Shown here: piece by piece, positions 39,989 through 47,409 of the stretch
Layout: every line of letters begins with the position of its first letter
Numbering within the stretch: position 1 is the first letter of the stretch
Origin: a virus
Reading direction: 5' to 3' (one strand)
DNA: 59,589 nucleotides
IMG/VR virus record: IMGVR_UViG_3300044463_000021
Coordinates: 1 to 59,589 of that record
Translations under genes and position numbers: made by a program
Notes under the pieces: model-generated
Seen by the model: the letters and a program-made list of their open reading frames with translations, nothing else
What the model was told of the DNA's origin: nothing
Databases searched by the model: none

Positions 39989-41194
39989 TCAGGATCGACG
40001 CGCGAGTTGCGCGTAACCGTCGGCGGTGACCCGGACCGGATGAGCCGGGTCGTCGTGGATCCACGCCTGCGCTGCAAGCGGATCAGTGATCTGCGCTGGG
40101 ACGGTCAACCCGAAACGGCGCCGTGTCCCGTCCGGCTCCGGGCTGCCGTTGGTTACCAGCAGCACGCGCACCGCCTCCTCATAGATCTGCTCCGGCACGT
40201 CGTAAAGGGCCATGGTGTTGCCGGGGTTTCCGGGGTCGGCCGCGGTCGCACCGACCTGGGTCAGGCCTGCCTCTGTGACGAATCGGTCCCAACCGGTCCT
40301 TTCGATGGCGCAGCGGCGCACCTCGGCGTTTGCCTCGCGCAGGATCCGGGTGCTGTCCCAGCCGTCGCCCTCGATGAGGTCGCGAGGGACGCGGGTGCCG
40401 TGCCAGTACCAGATCGCCCATCCGTCACCCCAGGACCGCGCTGGCCCGGTTTCGCAGTGCAGCCTGCGGTCCGGGTCGATGTGGACTTCGACGTGCCGGT
40501 CGCAGACGATCCAGAATTTGGCGTGCATCATGCGGCCGGCCCCGTGGCGGGCGGCGTCTTCGTAGTGGCGCCACTTGTCGTACACGGGCAGGTTCAGGTC
40601 GGCGACGTGGCGGAAGAAGCTCAGGTAGGCGGGCCAGGCGGACCAGTCGGATCCGCCGTTGTACATGCGGTACCACCGTGGCCCGCAGGCGAGCAAGAAC
40701 CTAGCGACGTCGTTGGTCGCGGCGTTGGTCGCGGCGTTGGTCGCGGCGCGGGTCGCGGCGTCGGTCGCGGCGTAGGTCGCGGCGTAGGTCGCGGCGTAGG
40801 TCGCGGGCTTCAAAACCAGGATGGGCTTGTCGCCGCTCACCGCAGCCATGCCCCGGTCAACGGCGATCCGGCACGCCACCGGAACCGCAGCCATCAGCTC
40901 CTGCTCGGATATCAGGCGGCCGAACAGCTCACCGTGTTTGGCCGGGTTCTCACGCAGCCACCACACGCCGGCGGCGATGGTGCCAGCGATCGCGGCCGTC
41001 ATCGGGGAGCGGACGAAAACGCTGCGGTGCGCGGGTGGTGGGGTCAGGTTCGCCGCTTGATAAAGGCCAGTCATCGCCTGGCGCATGCGGTCTTGGTCGG
41101 CGGGAGTTGTGGACATGGCGTTGTCGATCCATGTTTGCGCCCAGGTGCCGAGTTGGGTTTTGTGTTCGGGGTGGTCGTCGAAGCTGTATTTCAT
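39989..41194 (-). CDS. Hypothetical protein (401 aa) containing an in-frame 12-bp tandem repeat.
   Basis: ATG at 41194 (MKYSFDDHPEHKTQLG). Repeat-encoded ATYAATYAATYAATDAATRAATNAATNAATN. Conserved-looking C-terminal WYWHGTRVPRDLIEG. Confidence 0.6.
   Translation of the reverse strand: MKYSFDDHPEHKTQLGTWAQTWIDNAMSTTPADQDRMRQAMTGLYQAANLTPPPAHRSVFVRSPMTAAIAGTIAAGVWWLRENPAKHGELFGRLISEQELMAAVPVACRIAVDRGMAAVSGDKPILVLKPATYAATYAATYAATDAATRAATNAATNAATNDVARFLLACGPRWYRMYNGGSDWSAWPAYLSFFRHVADLNLPVYDKWRHYEDAARHGAGRMMHAKFWIVCDRHVEVHIDPDRRLHCETGPARSWGDGWAIWYWHGTRVPRDLIEGDGWDSTRILREANAEVRRCAIERTGWDRFVTEAGLTQVGATAADPGNPGNTMALYDVPEQIYEEAVRVLLVTNGSPEPDGTRRRFGLTVPAQITDPLAAQAWIHDDPAHPVRVTADGYAQLARRS
40715..40806. 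repeat. 12-bp tandem repeat GGTCGCGGCGNN, about 7.7 copies.
   Basis: Units were read consecutively at 40715, 40727, 40739, 40751, 40763, 40775, 40787 and 40799 (the last one partial). Confidence 0.9.
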
Positions 41195-41229
41195 CGCATT
41201 TCTCCTCTGTCTGCTGGTGGCTGGTTTGG

Positions 41230-41305
41230 GGTTCCGTCCGCCACCAGCGGGACGGACGGAACCGGTCTTTGGCGGGGCCCGGCCTTGGTCGTCCAACCGG
41301 GCCCC
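41230..41305. terminator. Two strong GC hairpins in a noncoding gap, a likely terminator pair.
   Basis: GGTTCCGTCCG (41230-40) pairs with CGGACGGAACC (41253-63). GGGGCCCGG (41274-82) pairs with CCGGGCCCC (41297-305). Confidence 0.5.
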
Positions 41306-41341
41306 GGTGCCCGGGACCTGAGAGCACCGGGGAAAGCTCAA

Positions 41342-41554
41342 TCAGGTCCCGGGCGTCTCCCACGCGGTCCGCCCACCCCTCAATGGGCTTGGCGCGCAGG
41401 AGCTTTGCTGCCGAACGGGCACGGAGAAGGCCTCTCGTACCCGCCCAGCAGGCGGTAGCGGCACGGGTGGCGGAGGCGGTCCCGTAGGACGCGGCGGAGG
41501 AGGTGGTGTCGACGGTCCGACAGGACCACCCGGACCAGACGGACCCGGGGTCAC
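41342..41554 (-). CDS. Proline-rich ORF (70 aa); coding status doubtful.
   Basis: GTGA overlap with the upstream HTH gene. The sequence is PPPPPRPTGPPPPPVPLPP-rich. Confidence 0.3.
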   Translation of the reverse strand: MTPGPSGPGGPVGPSTPPPPPRPTGPPPPPVPLPPAGRVREAFSVPVRQQSSCAPSPLRGGRTAWETPGT

Positions 41555-41763
41555 GACGCACGCACCGAGGGCTCGCCCGCGAGGATCGCCTCGACTTCCT
41601 CGCGGCGAAAACGCTTGAGGCCACTAGGCATCGGGATGAATGGCAGGGTGCCCGACCTGCACCAACGGTGAATGGTTTCGTCGCTCACGCGGAACATGGC
41701 GGCGACCTCGGCCACTGTCATCAACTCGGGCGGTTCGGTTACCTGCACGTGGATCGGTGCCAT
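41551..41763 (-). CDS. Excisionase-family HTH DNA-binding protein (70 aa).
   Basis: MTVAEVAAMFRVSDETIHRWCRSGTLPF. Confidence 0.65.
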   Translation of the reverse strand: MAPIHVQVTEPPELMTVAEVAAMFRVSDETIHRWCRSGTLPFIPMPSGLKRFRREEVEAILAGEPSVRAS

Positions 41764-41770
41764 GCACAGG

Positions 41771-41800
41771 AGGCTATCGGTATGTTGGAAGTGGTGTCAA
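41771..41800 (-). promoter_or_regulatory. Promoter TTGACA-18 nt-TAGCCT, placed for a leaderless or near-leaderless transcript of the gene starting at 41763.
   Basis: On the minus strand the sequence reads TTGACAccacttccaacataccgaTAGCCTcctgtgcATG. The -10 ends 7 nt before the ATG. Confidence 0.5.
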
Positions 41801-41808
41801 GCACGGGT

Positions 41809-42252
41809 TCAAGTCCGATATTGCCGATCGCGTGTCAAACCCACTAGTCTGTGCTCATGACAGTGACAAGCGTCGAACACCAGACGCGAGGTTGGACGCC
41901 GGATGATTCGGCCAGTGCCGATGTGGTCCTTGTGAGAGATAACCGCTTCGGCGCTCAGCTGCTGGGCACCGATGTGAAGATGCGGCGTTGTCACGTCAGA
42001 GTTTCCGGTGGGATGCCAGTGGAATGCCACTACCAGCTGCCGGTCCTGGGTTTGGACCGAGTAGTCGTAGGCGCGGGTGGTGATCCGGTAGCCGCCGAGT
42101 CCGTCGAGATCGCCGGTGAGGTCCGGTTCGGCCCCGTAGAGCAACTGCCAGACCTCACGCGTGGTGGGGCGGGACATGTAGATCACCGGGTTCTTTAGGC
42201 GCCTCACTGGATTCATCAGCCCATTTTGCAGGGCGTTGAGTCGCGGAAGCAC
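41809..42252 (-). CDS. Hypothetical protein (up to 147 aa; start uncertain) in a locally AT-richer segment.
   Basis: LVVAFHWHPTGNSDVTTPHLHIGAQ. No family was recognised. Confidence 0.45.
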   Translation of the reverse strand: MLPRLNALQNGLMNPVRRLKNPVIYMSRPTTREVWQLLYGAEPDLTGDLDGLGGYRITTRAYDYSVQTQDRQLVVAFHWHPTGNSDVTTPHLHIGAQQLSAEAVISHKDHIGTGRIIRRPTSRLVFDACHCHEHRLVGLTRDRQYRT

Positions 42253-42338
42253 GAAGCCCTCGCTTTCGAGGCGAGGGCTAAGGCTGGGCCTGAGGCGCCA
42301 GGGTTCCGCTGCAACTTCTCTAGGGCCGCCAGATCAGT

Positions 42339-42560
42339 CTAGCCCTCGAGGCTTTCCTTCCGTGGCCGTCCCGGCCCGGGACGCGAGTCGTTCCACGCGT
42401 CGAGCGTGCTCTTGAGCCAGTAGTCGCGGCCGAAGCCTTCGTCGCGGCCGTCCGGCTTGGGTGCTTGACCGCGCGCGACGTAGGCCCGCCACGTTGACGG
42501 GCTGACGCCTACATAGGCGGCTGCGGCTGGGTTGCCGAGTCGGTCGCTCACCCTTCCCAC
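42339..42560 (-). CDS. HTH DNA-binding protein (73 aa, GTG start), the first minus-strand gene of the divergent control region.
   Basis: AAAAYVGVSPSTWRAYVARGQAPKP. Confidence 0.6.
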   Translation of the reverse strand: MGRVSDRLGNPAAAAYVGVSPSTWRAYVARGQAPKPDGRDEGFGRDYWLKSTLDAWNDSRPGPGRPRKESLEG

Positions 42561-42564
42561 GTTA

Positions 42565-42650
42565 CAGCACGGGTGCTGCGCTTATCTGTCGCCTAATTGA
42601 CAGCACTATTGCTGTTCTTTCCTTGTGCTACAGCGGTGGTGCTGTAGAAT
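42565..42650. promoter_or_regulatory. Divergent control region with three inverted repeats sharing ACAGC/GCTGT half-sites and a plus-strand promoter, TTGTGC-16 nt-TAGAAT.
   Basis: CAGCACggGTGCTG at 42565-78. ACAGCActatTGCTGT at 42600-15. CTACAGCggtggtGCTGTAG at 42628-47, overlapping TAGAAT at 42645-50. TTGACA at 42597. Confidence 0.5.
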
Positions 42651-42834
42651 TTGAGGTACAAGAGAACAGGCAGAGCTGGAGCCGCCCGAGCCGGGTCGCC
42701 ACGAAAGCCGAGCTACCACACAGTGACCACCAGCCGGACAGGGATTCTCCCGGCGAACGAAACCAAGGTGCTCGACTTCGACTAGCGCCTTGGCAGCCGG
42801 GATCACCCCGGCTGATTCAGTCGAAGGGGAACAA

Positions 42835-43341
42835 ATGAACGAGTCGCTGACTCAGAAGCAAGCCACCAACTGGGTCTCAACCGCTCAGCGCTTCGGCCAG
42901 GTCCACGACGTGATCCTGGCCGCCCTCACCGCCGCGACGGCCGGACTTGACGCCCCCACGCGCAACACAACCCCGGGCGCGATCACCTCGCACGGCCTCG
43001 TGCGCGGTGCCATCGCAGGCGAATACCTGCCATGGGCTGAGCTGCACGCCGCTCTCGTCGCCGAGGGAGGGCCGATCGACGACACCAGCGACTGGCCCGA
43101 CCAGGCCCAGTCGGAGTTCCTGGCCGTCGTCGGCACGCATCTCCGCATGGCGAGGGGGCGCATCGAGCGCCGCCAGGACACCGGCGACGCGATCCAGATC
43201 CGGCTGCTCAGCAAGGCCCCGGATTTCGACGATGTTCAGGACATGCAGGCCTACGCCCTTGAGCTGCTGCGTGATGCTGGAGATCGGCGCTTCGTGGCCA
43301 TGCTCGACGCCGCTTCAGAGACCGTCACGTCGAGTAGCTAG
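42835..43341 (+). CDS. Hypothetical protein (168 aa).
   Basis: ATG at 42835 after GAAGGGGAACAA. Confidence 0.55.
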   Translation: MNESLTQKQATNWVSTAQRFGQVHDVILAALTAATAGLDAPTRNTTPGAITSHGLVRGAIAGEYLPWAELHAALVAEGGPIDDTSDWPDQAQSEFLAVVGTHLRMARGRIERRQDTGDAIQIRLLSKAPDFDDVQDMQAYALELLRDAGDRRFVAMLDAASETVTSSS

Positions 43342-43467
43342 TCAGGACGAAACCCGATCGCCGTGAGGCTGACCGGGTCCACGGGTTACGCCCGTGCCGA
43401 TGAGTCCCCGGACGCCAGCGAGATGCTGGTAACACCTCGCTGGCTCCCTACAAGTTTAGGGAGCACG

Positions 43468-43950
43468 ATGACCGTCACCGTCGTCGCCTGCATGACAGGC
43501 GACCCCGACTGGGAGAAGTGGCTAGGCCCGATCGCGGACAATCCACCGCCGCAGATCATGGCCGACGCTGAGATCGACATGAGCCGTACGGCGCAGTGGG
43601 AAACCGGCAAACGCTGGTGGATCGCCGTGGACAGCAGCCAGGTTTTGGCCTGGTGCGCGGCGTGGATGGCCGACGACGACTCCGGCTACGGCTGGATCTG
43701 CGGCCACAACTACGAACTGCGCGGCCGAGGCCGCGAGATCGACGCCTACCTGGCGGTGTTCGCCGCCCGGCAAGAGTGGATCGACAAATGGCCCCGGACC
43801 TGCGTCACCTACCTCTTCGGCGACGACGGGAAGCCGCAAGGCCAGGCGATCGACCCGCACATCGCGGCGGGCTGGACTGTCACCGGCCTTCACGGCGACG
43901 GCGACCTCGACGGCCACCACTGGTGGCAGCTCACCTACCAACCGCGCTGA
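43468..43950 (+). CDS. Hypothetical protein (160 aa).
   Basis: ATG at 43468 after GGGAGCACG. The Trp-rich sequence reads RWWIAVDSSQVLAWCAAWMADDD. Confidence 0.5.
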   Translation: MTVTVVACMTGDPDWEKWLGPIADNPPPQIMADAEIDMSRTAQWETGKRWWIAVDSSQVLAWCAAWMADDDSGYGWICGHNYELRGRGREIDAYLAVFAARQEWIDKWPRTCVTYLFGDDGKPQGQAIDPHIAAGWTVTGLHGDGDLDGHHWWQLTYQPR

Positions 43951-44019
43951 CCTGCTTCAGGACAGGCCCGACCACATCGGGCCTGGCTGTGGAAGGCCAG
44001 ACCGATCAAAGGAGAAGCC

Positions 44020-44259
44020 ATGAAGATCTACCTCGCAATGATCGCCGACCGGCACGCCGACACGGAACCGTTCCCGTTCTCGACAGCCGACCGGGCGATC
44101 GCCTACGCGAGAGGCTGGGCCGTCGCCGCCGCCCGGTTCGACGGCGACTTTCAGGAGCCGCGCGTGCCGGGCGGCTGGCTGTACTACGCCACGTACTCGC
44201 CGGAAAGCGATTCGGTGTGGGTTGTCGAGAAAGCACTCGACGCGCCGGAAGGCGCATAG
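44020..44259 (+). CDS. Hypothetical protein (79 aa).
   Basis: Strong RBS AAAGGAGAAGCC upstream of the ATG. Confidence 0.6.
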   Translation: MKIYLAMIADRHADTEPFPFSTADRAIAYARGWAVAAARFDGDFQEPRVPGGWLYYATYSPESDSVWVVEKALDAPEGA

Positions 44260-44340
44260 CACCTGACCGCTTCGGCGGCGCTCCAGCCAGCAACACGGAG
44301 CGCACGCCGTGGCCGCCAGGCCAAACGAGAGGAGATCGAG

Positions 44341-44610
44341 ATGGCGAAGTTGCCGACGTTTGAAGAGATCCGCCGCAACACTCACCGACTGCTCGGCGAC
44401 GCGGCCGACGAGCTGCGTTCCGACTGGTCCGACGAGCAGATCAGCAAAGCTCAAGCTGACGCGAAGGCGGAGGCGATGAAGCACATCGGGCTTGCGAAGG
44501 CGGCGCTGGACCGCGCGGCCTCCGGCTACCACCCGGCACTTGAAAGCGCGACCGAGGCGTGGGAGCAGTCCTATGCCGACGCGACCGAGCGGGCCTCAGA
44601 CGCCTGGTGA
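44341..44610 (+). CDS. Hypothetical helical protein (89 aa).
   Basis: RBS GAGAGGAGATCGAG upstream of the ATG. Confidence 0.6.
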   Translation: MAKLPTFEEIRRNTHRLLGDAADELRSDWSDEQISKAQADAKAEAMKHIGLAKAALDRAASGYHPALESATEAWEQSYADATERASDAW

Positions 44611-44758
44611 TCGCTAGCACCAGGCCGCAGGCACCTCGACCGCGCAGCGCGTTAACCAGCTCCTGACGCACACAGTGCAGGACCGACCAGCTCGGTCCCG
44701 TGCTGTGGCCGTCAGGCCAACAGCTCACACCCAGCACGTAGAGCCCAGCTCCGTGCAC

Positions 44759-44793
44759 GTCGCCAGTCCGCCGCGGGGGCGTCGACTGGCGAC
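44759..44793 (+). other. 10-bp-stem hairpin 25 nt upstream of the membrane protein gene.
   Basis: GTCGCCAGTC (44759-68) pairs with GACTGGCGAC (44784-93). Confidence 0.4.
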
Positions 44794-44817
44794 ACCCAAT
44801 CACCCCCAGGAGGGGCC

Positions 44818-45576
44818 ATGAACACCAGCACCATCACCGCAGGTACCGAACTCACCGAGGCCCAGCTGTACCGCGGCCGAAAGGCCAAGGGTGCCGCCGA
44901 CCGGATGGAAACATCAGTCGACCGCATTGAGGGCCGGTCCGGCAGAATCACGAAGGTTGCGCTCATCGTCTCCACACCGCACCAGATGAGCTTCCTGCTC
45001 GCAGCAGTCATCCCGTTCCTGCACTGGCACACCCCCCAAGCCGTCATCGAATCGGTCGGCATGCTGATGATTGCCCTTTCTGCGCCGATCCTGGCCGACT
45101 GGACGATCCTCAACTGCGTCGAGACGATCGCCGCCCCGGCCGTGGGCCGCAAGTCGAAGATCAGGGCATTCGTGTTCCTCACCTTCTGCGCTGCGGTATC
45201 CGGCTCGGTCAACTTCCTTGCCCCGGCACCCCTGCTCGTCAAGGGCCTGGCCGCGTTCGTGGTCAGCGCAATCCTGATGGCAGAAGGTCTGCGCGACATC
45301 ATCGTCGACTTCGGCAAGGTCGAGGAGATCGAGCAGGCTATCGCGGTCGGCTCTCCGGTTAAGCCAGCCAAGCGGGAGATCGACAAGAATGAGCTGCGGG
45401 CACGCAAAGATGCGGGCTACGAGAACATGGACGCGAAGGGCAAGGCCCGGTTTACCCGGGAACGCAACGCGCGGATAGCCAACCGTGCACCGCGCCAGCC
45501 GAAGCTGACCCCGGTGCAGCAGATCGAACGCCTGACCGTGGAAGCACCGGTTTCCCCGGCACCTGCGGGAGTGTGA
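44818..45576 (+). CDS. Multi-pass membrane protein (252 aa, about four TM segments) with a basic C-terminal tail.
   Basis: RBS CCAGGAGGGGCC. Hydrophobic segments MSFLLAAVIPFL, VGMLMIALSAPILA, AFVFLTFCAAVSG and LAAFVVSAILMA. Confidence 0.6.
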   Translation: MNTSTITAGTELTEAQLYRGRKAKGAADRMETSVDRIEGRSGRITKVALIVSTPHQMSFLLAAVIPFLHWHTPQAVIESVGMLMIALSAPILADWTILNCVETIAAPAVGRKSKIRAFVFLTFCAAVSGSVNFLAPAPLLVKGLAAFVVSAILMAEGLRDIIVDFGKVEEIEQAIAVGSPVKPAKREIDKNELRARKDAGYENMDAKGKARFTRERNARIANRAPRQPKLTPVQQIERLTVEAPVSPAPAGV

Positions 45577-45627
45577 AGCGGACAGTCCGGGCCAGCGGGT
45601 CCGGGTAGCCCGCTAGGTACGGTGAGA

Positions 45628-45678
45628 GGGAGCCAGCCACGTTCTACCCGGACGTGGCTGGCTCCCCTTTTTTTGTTT
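45628..45678 (+). terminator. Rho-independent terminator.
   Basis: GGGAGCCAGCCACG (45628-41) pairs with CGTGGCTGGCTCCC (45653-66), followed by CTTTTTTTGTTT. Confidence 0.85.
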
Positions 45679-45686
45679 CTAAGATG

Positions 45687-45725
45687 GGCGGCGACAGAGA
45701 TAGCTCTAATACCTCTGTCGCCGCC
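45687..45725 (+). other. Perfect 13-bp stem-loop with an AT-rich 13-nt loop, just upstream of the next gene.
   Basis: GGCGGCGACAGAG (45687-99) pairs with CTCTGTCGCCGCC (45713-25). There is no U tract. Confidence 0.5.
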
Positions 45726-45750
45726 CTGCCATGTTAGGAGAGGAACGACA

Positions 45751-46053
45751 GTGGAAGAACCAACAGCCGATCAATGCACCAACCGCGAGCGGGTCGACCT
45801 CTGCGATGGCCAGGTCGGCTGGGCATGCTGGTATCCCACGATGGGCGGCTACGTCGGCAAGGCCCTGGTTGTCGCAGATGACAACTGTCATGACGTGTTC
45901 GTCTGGCACAACGGCGACTTTCCGTTCGCCGGTCAGGACCCGCCGTGGGAGGGGATGCCTGTGCCGTCGCCGTCGAAGCTGCACCATTGCGATGGCAGCC
46001 AATTCGTTGCGTTCGGCCAGTTCCTGATGCAGCTGGAGGCCGACCGTGGATGA
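45751..46053 (+). CDS. Hypothetical protein (100 aa, GTG start).
   Basis: RBS AGGAGAGG 7 nt upstream of the GTG. The sequence ends ...LEADRG. Confidence 0.5.
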   Translation: MEEPTADQCTNRERVDLCDGQVGWACWYPTMGGYVGKALVVADDNCHDVFVWHNGDFPFAGQDPPWEGMPVPSPSKLHHCDGSQFVAFGQFLMQLEADRG

Positions 46054-46261
46054 CTGGTTCAGCGTGCAGACTGCCGTCGTGTTTGGGGTCGGCATCATCG
46101 TCGGTCGTGCGGTCGGCGACTGGCGGGAGTGGCGCGGCTTCTTCCGGGATGTGCACCACTTCCTGCGAGGGAAGCTTTTCGCCCGGTCCGCCTACAGGGC
46201 CGAGGTAGATGCGTTGAAGCAGCGGGCGCGCGAGTTGGAAGAGGAGGCCGACCGTGGATAA
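46046..46261 (+). CDS. Small membrane protein (71 aa, GTG start).
   Basis: Conserved GTGGATGA overlap junction. TM segment VQTAVVFGVGIIVGRAVG. The sequence ends ...EEADRG. Confidence 0.5.
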   Translation: MDDWFSVQTAVVFGVGIIVGRAVGDWREWRGFFRDVHHFLRGKLFARSAYRAEVDALKQRARELEEEADRG

Positions 46262-46448
46262 GCCGAAGGCTCGATTCGCCTGGTACACCGCAAGCCGTCT
46301 GAGGTTCGAGATCAGATGGTGGGCGATACGCGGCGGCAACTGGGCAGCCCTCCAGAAGGCCCTGGGCGTGGACGATGCCCAGATGGCCGATTGGGTTGAA
46401 GGCTGGCTACACGACGAGAAGGCGATTCGGAGGGCCGACCGTGGATGA
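46254..46448 (+). CDS. Hypothetical protein (64 aa, GTG start).
   Basis: Conserved junction motif. The sequence ends ...RRADRG. Confidence 0.5.
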   Translation: MDKPKARFAWYTASRLRFEIRWWAIRGGNWAALQKALGVDDAQMADWVEGWLHDEKAIRRADRG

Positions 46449-46683
46449 CCTGATCGCCAAGCTCGGCGAAGCGCTGGACGAGACGGAGCGGCTAGCCGAG
46501 AGGCAGGTAGCAGCACACCGGAAGATCCTGGAGATCCATACGCCCACCAAGGCTGTGGAATGCCAGGTCTGCCTCGAACTGGGTGGCTCAATGATCGAGC
46601 CGGTGATGATGGACTGGCCCTGCCCGACGCTGCTCGCGCTCGCCGAGGCGTACGGCATCGAGGATGGAGCTGACCATGAATGA
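46441..46683 (+). CDS. Hypothetical protein (80 aa, GTG start).
   Basis: Conserved junction motif. AAHRKILEIHTP...CQVCLE...DWPCPTLLALAEAYGI. Confidence 0.5.
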   Translation: MDDLIAKLGEALDETERLAERQVAAHRKILEIHTPTKAVECQVCLELGGSMIEPVMMDWPCPTLLALAEAYGIEDGADHE

Positions 46684-46920
46684 CCTGACCAAACGCCTCA
46701 AGGCTGCCATCGAGGACGAACGCACCTACGCCGAGATGATCAGCGGCGGCGGGTACGCACCAGATGTCTGGGAACAATCCTGGCCGAACACGATCACAGC
46801 CAGCAGCCAGCAGGCGACGACCGGGACGCCGAATACCTGCACGGCTACCGCACGGCGTTGGACGGGGTTGCGGCCGTGCTCGCCAAGGGCTACGGCATCG
46901 AGATAGAGGAGAAGGCGTGA
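46676..46920 (+). pseudogene. Small gene apparently split between two frames. The 5' part runs in the frame of 46664..46906 and the 3' part runs in the -1 frame to TGA 46918-46920.
   Basis: The 5' frame reads MNDLTKRLKAAIEDERTYAEMI... and then degenerates to an S/T/R/P-rich tail. The -1 frame reads ...DAEYLHGYRTALDGVAAVLAKGYGIEIEEKA but has no usable start codon. Confidence 0.35.
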
Positions 46921-46957
46921 CCATGACACCAGAACCAGCTGGCAGCCGGAGCCTGCT

Positions 46958-47353
46958 ATGAGGGGCGCACCGGTTCACCCGGACGAATACGACGGGGGAC
47001 ACCTCAACACGGACGAGAAGCTACGGGCAGCCGGTTACGCCGCCGGGCTGGACGTCTGGGAGCAGGTCGGCAAGGCGTACTGCGAGCACTACCTAGGTGT
47101 GTTGGGTCAGGAGGTTGTTGACACGAACCCCGGGGACCACGCAGCCCCCGCAGTGAATGCGGGGGCTGCGTCCCGGAGCCGATCCCGGGCGACTGGCAAG
47201 GTAGCTCGCGATCAGGATACCCGCGGTTCGGTGAGACCGGTGCCGTCGCATTCCGTGCACTCCAAAGTCTCGAACTCAAGTCCATCGCCGATGTGCCGGA
47301 CGCCGGTACCGTTGCAAAGCGGGCAGGTGATTACCTCCGGCTGGTCGTCCTGA
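46958..47353 (+). CDS. Hypothetical ORF with an unreliable 3' end.
   Basis: The first ~50 codons look coding (MRGAPVHPDEYDGGHLNTDEKLRAAGYAAGLDVWEQVGKAYCEHY). The ORF then runs through a terminator hairpin and overlaps a convergent gene. Confidence 0.3.
   Translation: MRGAPVHPDEYDGGHLNTDEKLRAAGYAAGLDVWEQVGKAYCEHYLGVLGQEVVDTNPGDHAAPAVNAGAASRSRSRATGKVARDQDTRGSVRPVPSHSVHSKVSNSSPSPMCRTPVPLQSGQVITSGWSS
47139..47171. terminator. Hairpin with a 13-bp stem between the convergent plus and minus blocks.
   Basis: ACGCAGCCCCCGC pairs with GCGGGGGCTGCGT, with the loop AGTGAAT. Confidence 0.6.
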
Positions 47354-47409
47354 GCGACCGTGTCGTCCATGGGGCGGATCGGGTCGGGGTCGATATCGCG
47401 CCAGCTCAT
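47212..47409 (-). CDS. DnaJ-type zinc-finger-like small protein (65 aa).
   Basis: CPLCNGTG and CTECDGTG motifs. Confidence 0.55.
   Translation of the reverse strand: MSWRDIDPDPIRPMDDTVAQDDQPEVITCPLCNGTGVRHIGDGLEFETLECTECDGTGLTEPRVS

Noticed and set aside
40715-40806. Regular short repeats, considered as a possible CRISPR array.
   Set aside because: The units are 12 bp, contiguous without spacers, and in frame within a CDS. This is a coding minisatellite.
41805-41816. tRNA-like T-loop sequence GGGTTCAAGTCC, considered as a possible tRNA or attP core.
   Set aside because: The flanking bases cannot form a 5-bp T stem, because ACGGG against CCGAT gives only 3 pairs. No acceptor or anticodon arms could be drawn. 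The segment is the 3' end of a CDS plus the -35 region of a promoter.
32888-42560. Three excisionase-family HTH genes (32888-33154, 41551-41763 and 42339-42560), considered as evidence for an integration cassette.
   Set aside because: No adjacent tyrosine or serine recombinase and no attP-like core were found. Such small HTH proteins are common general regulators in actinophages.
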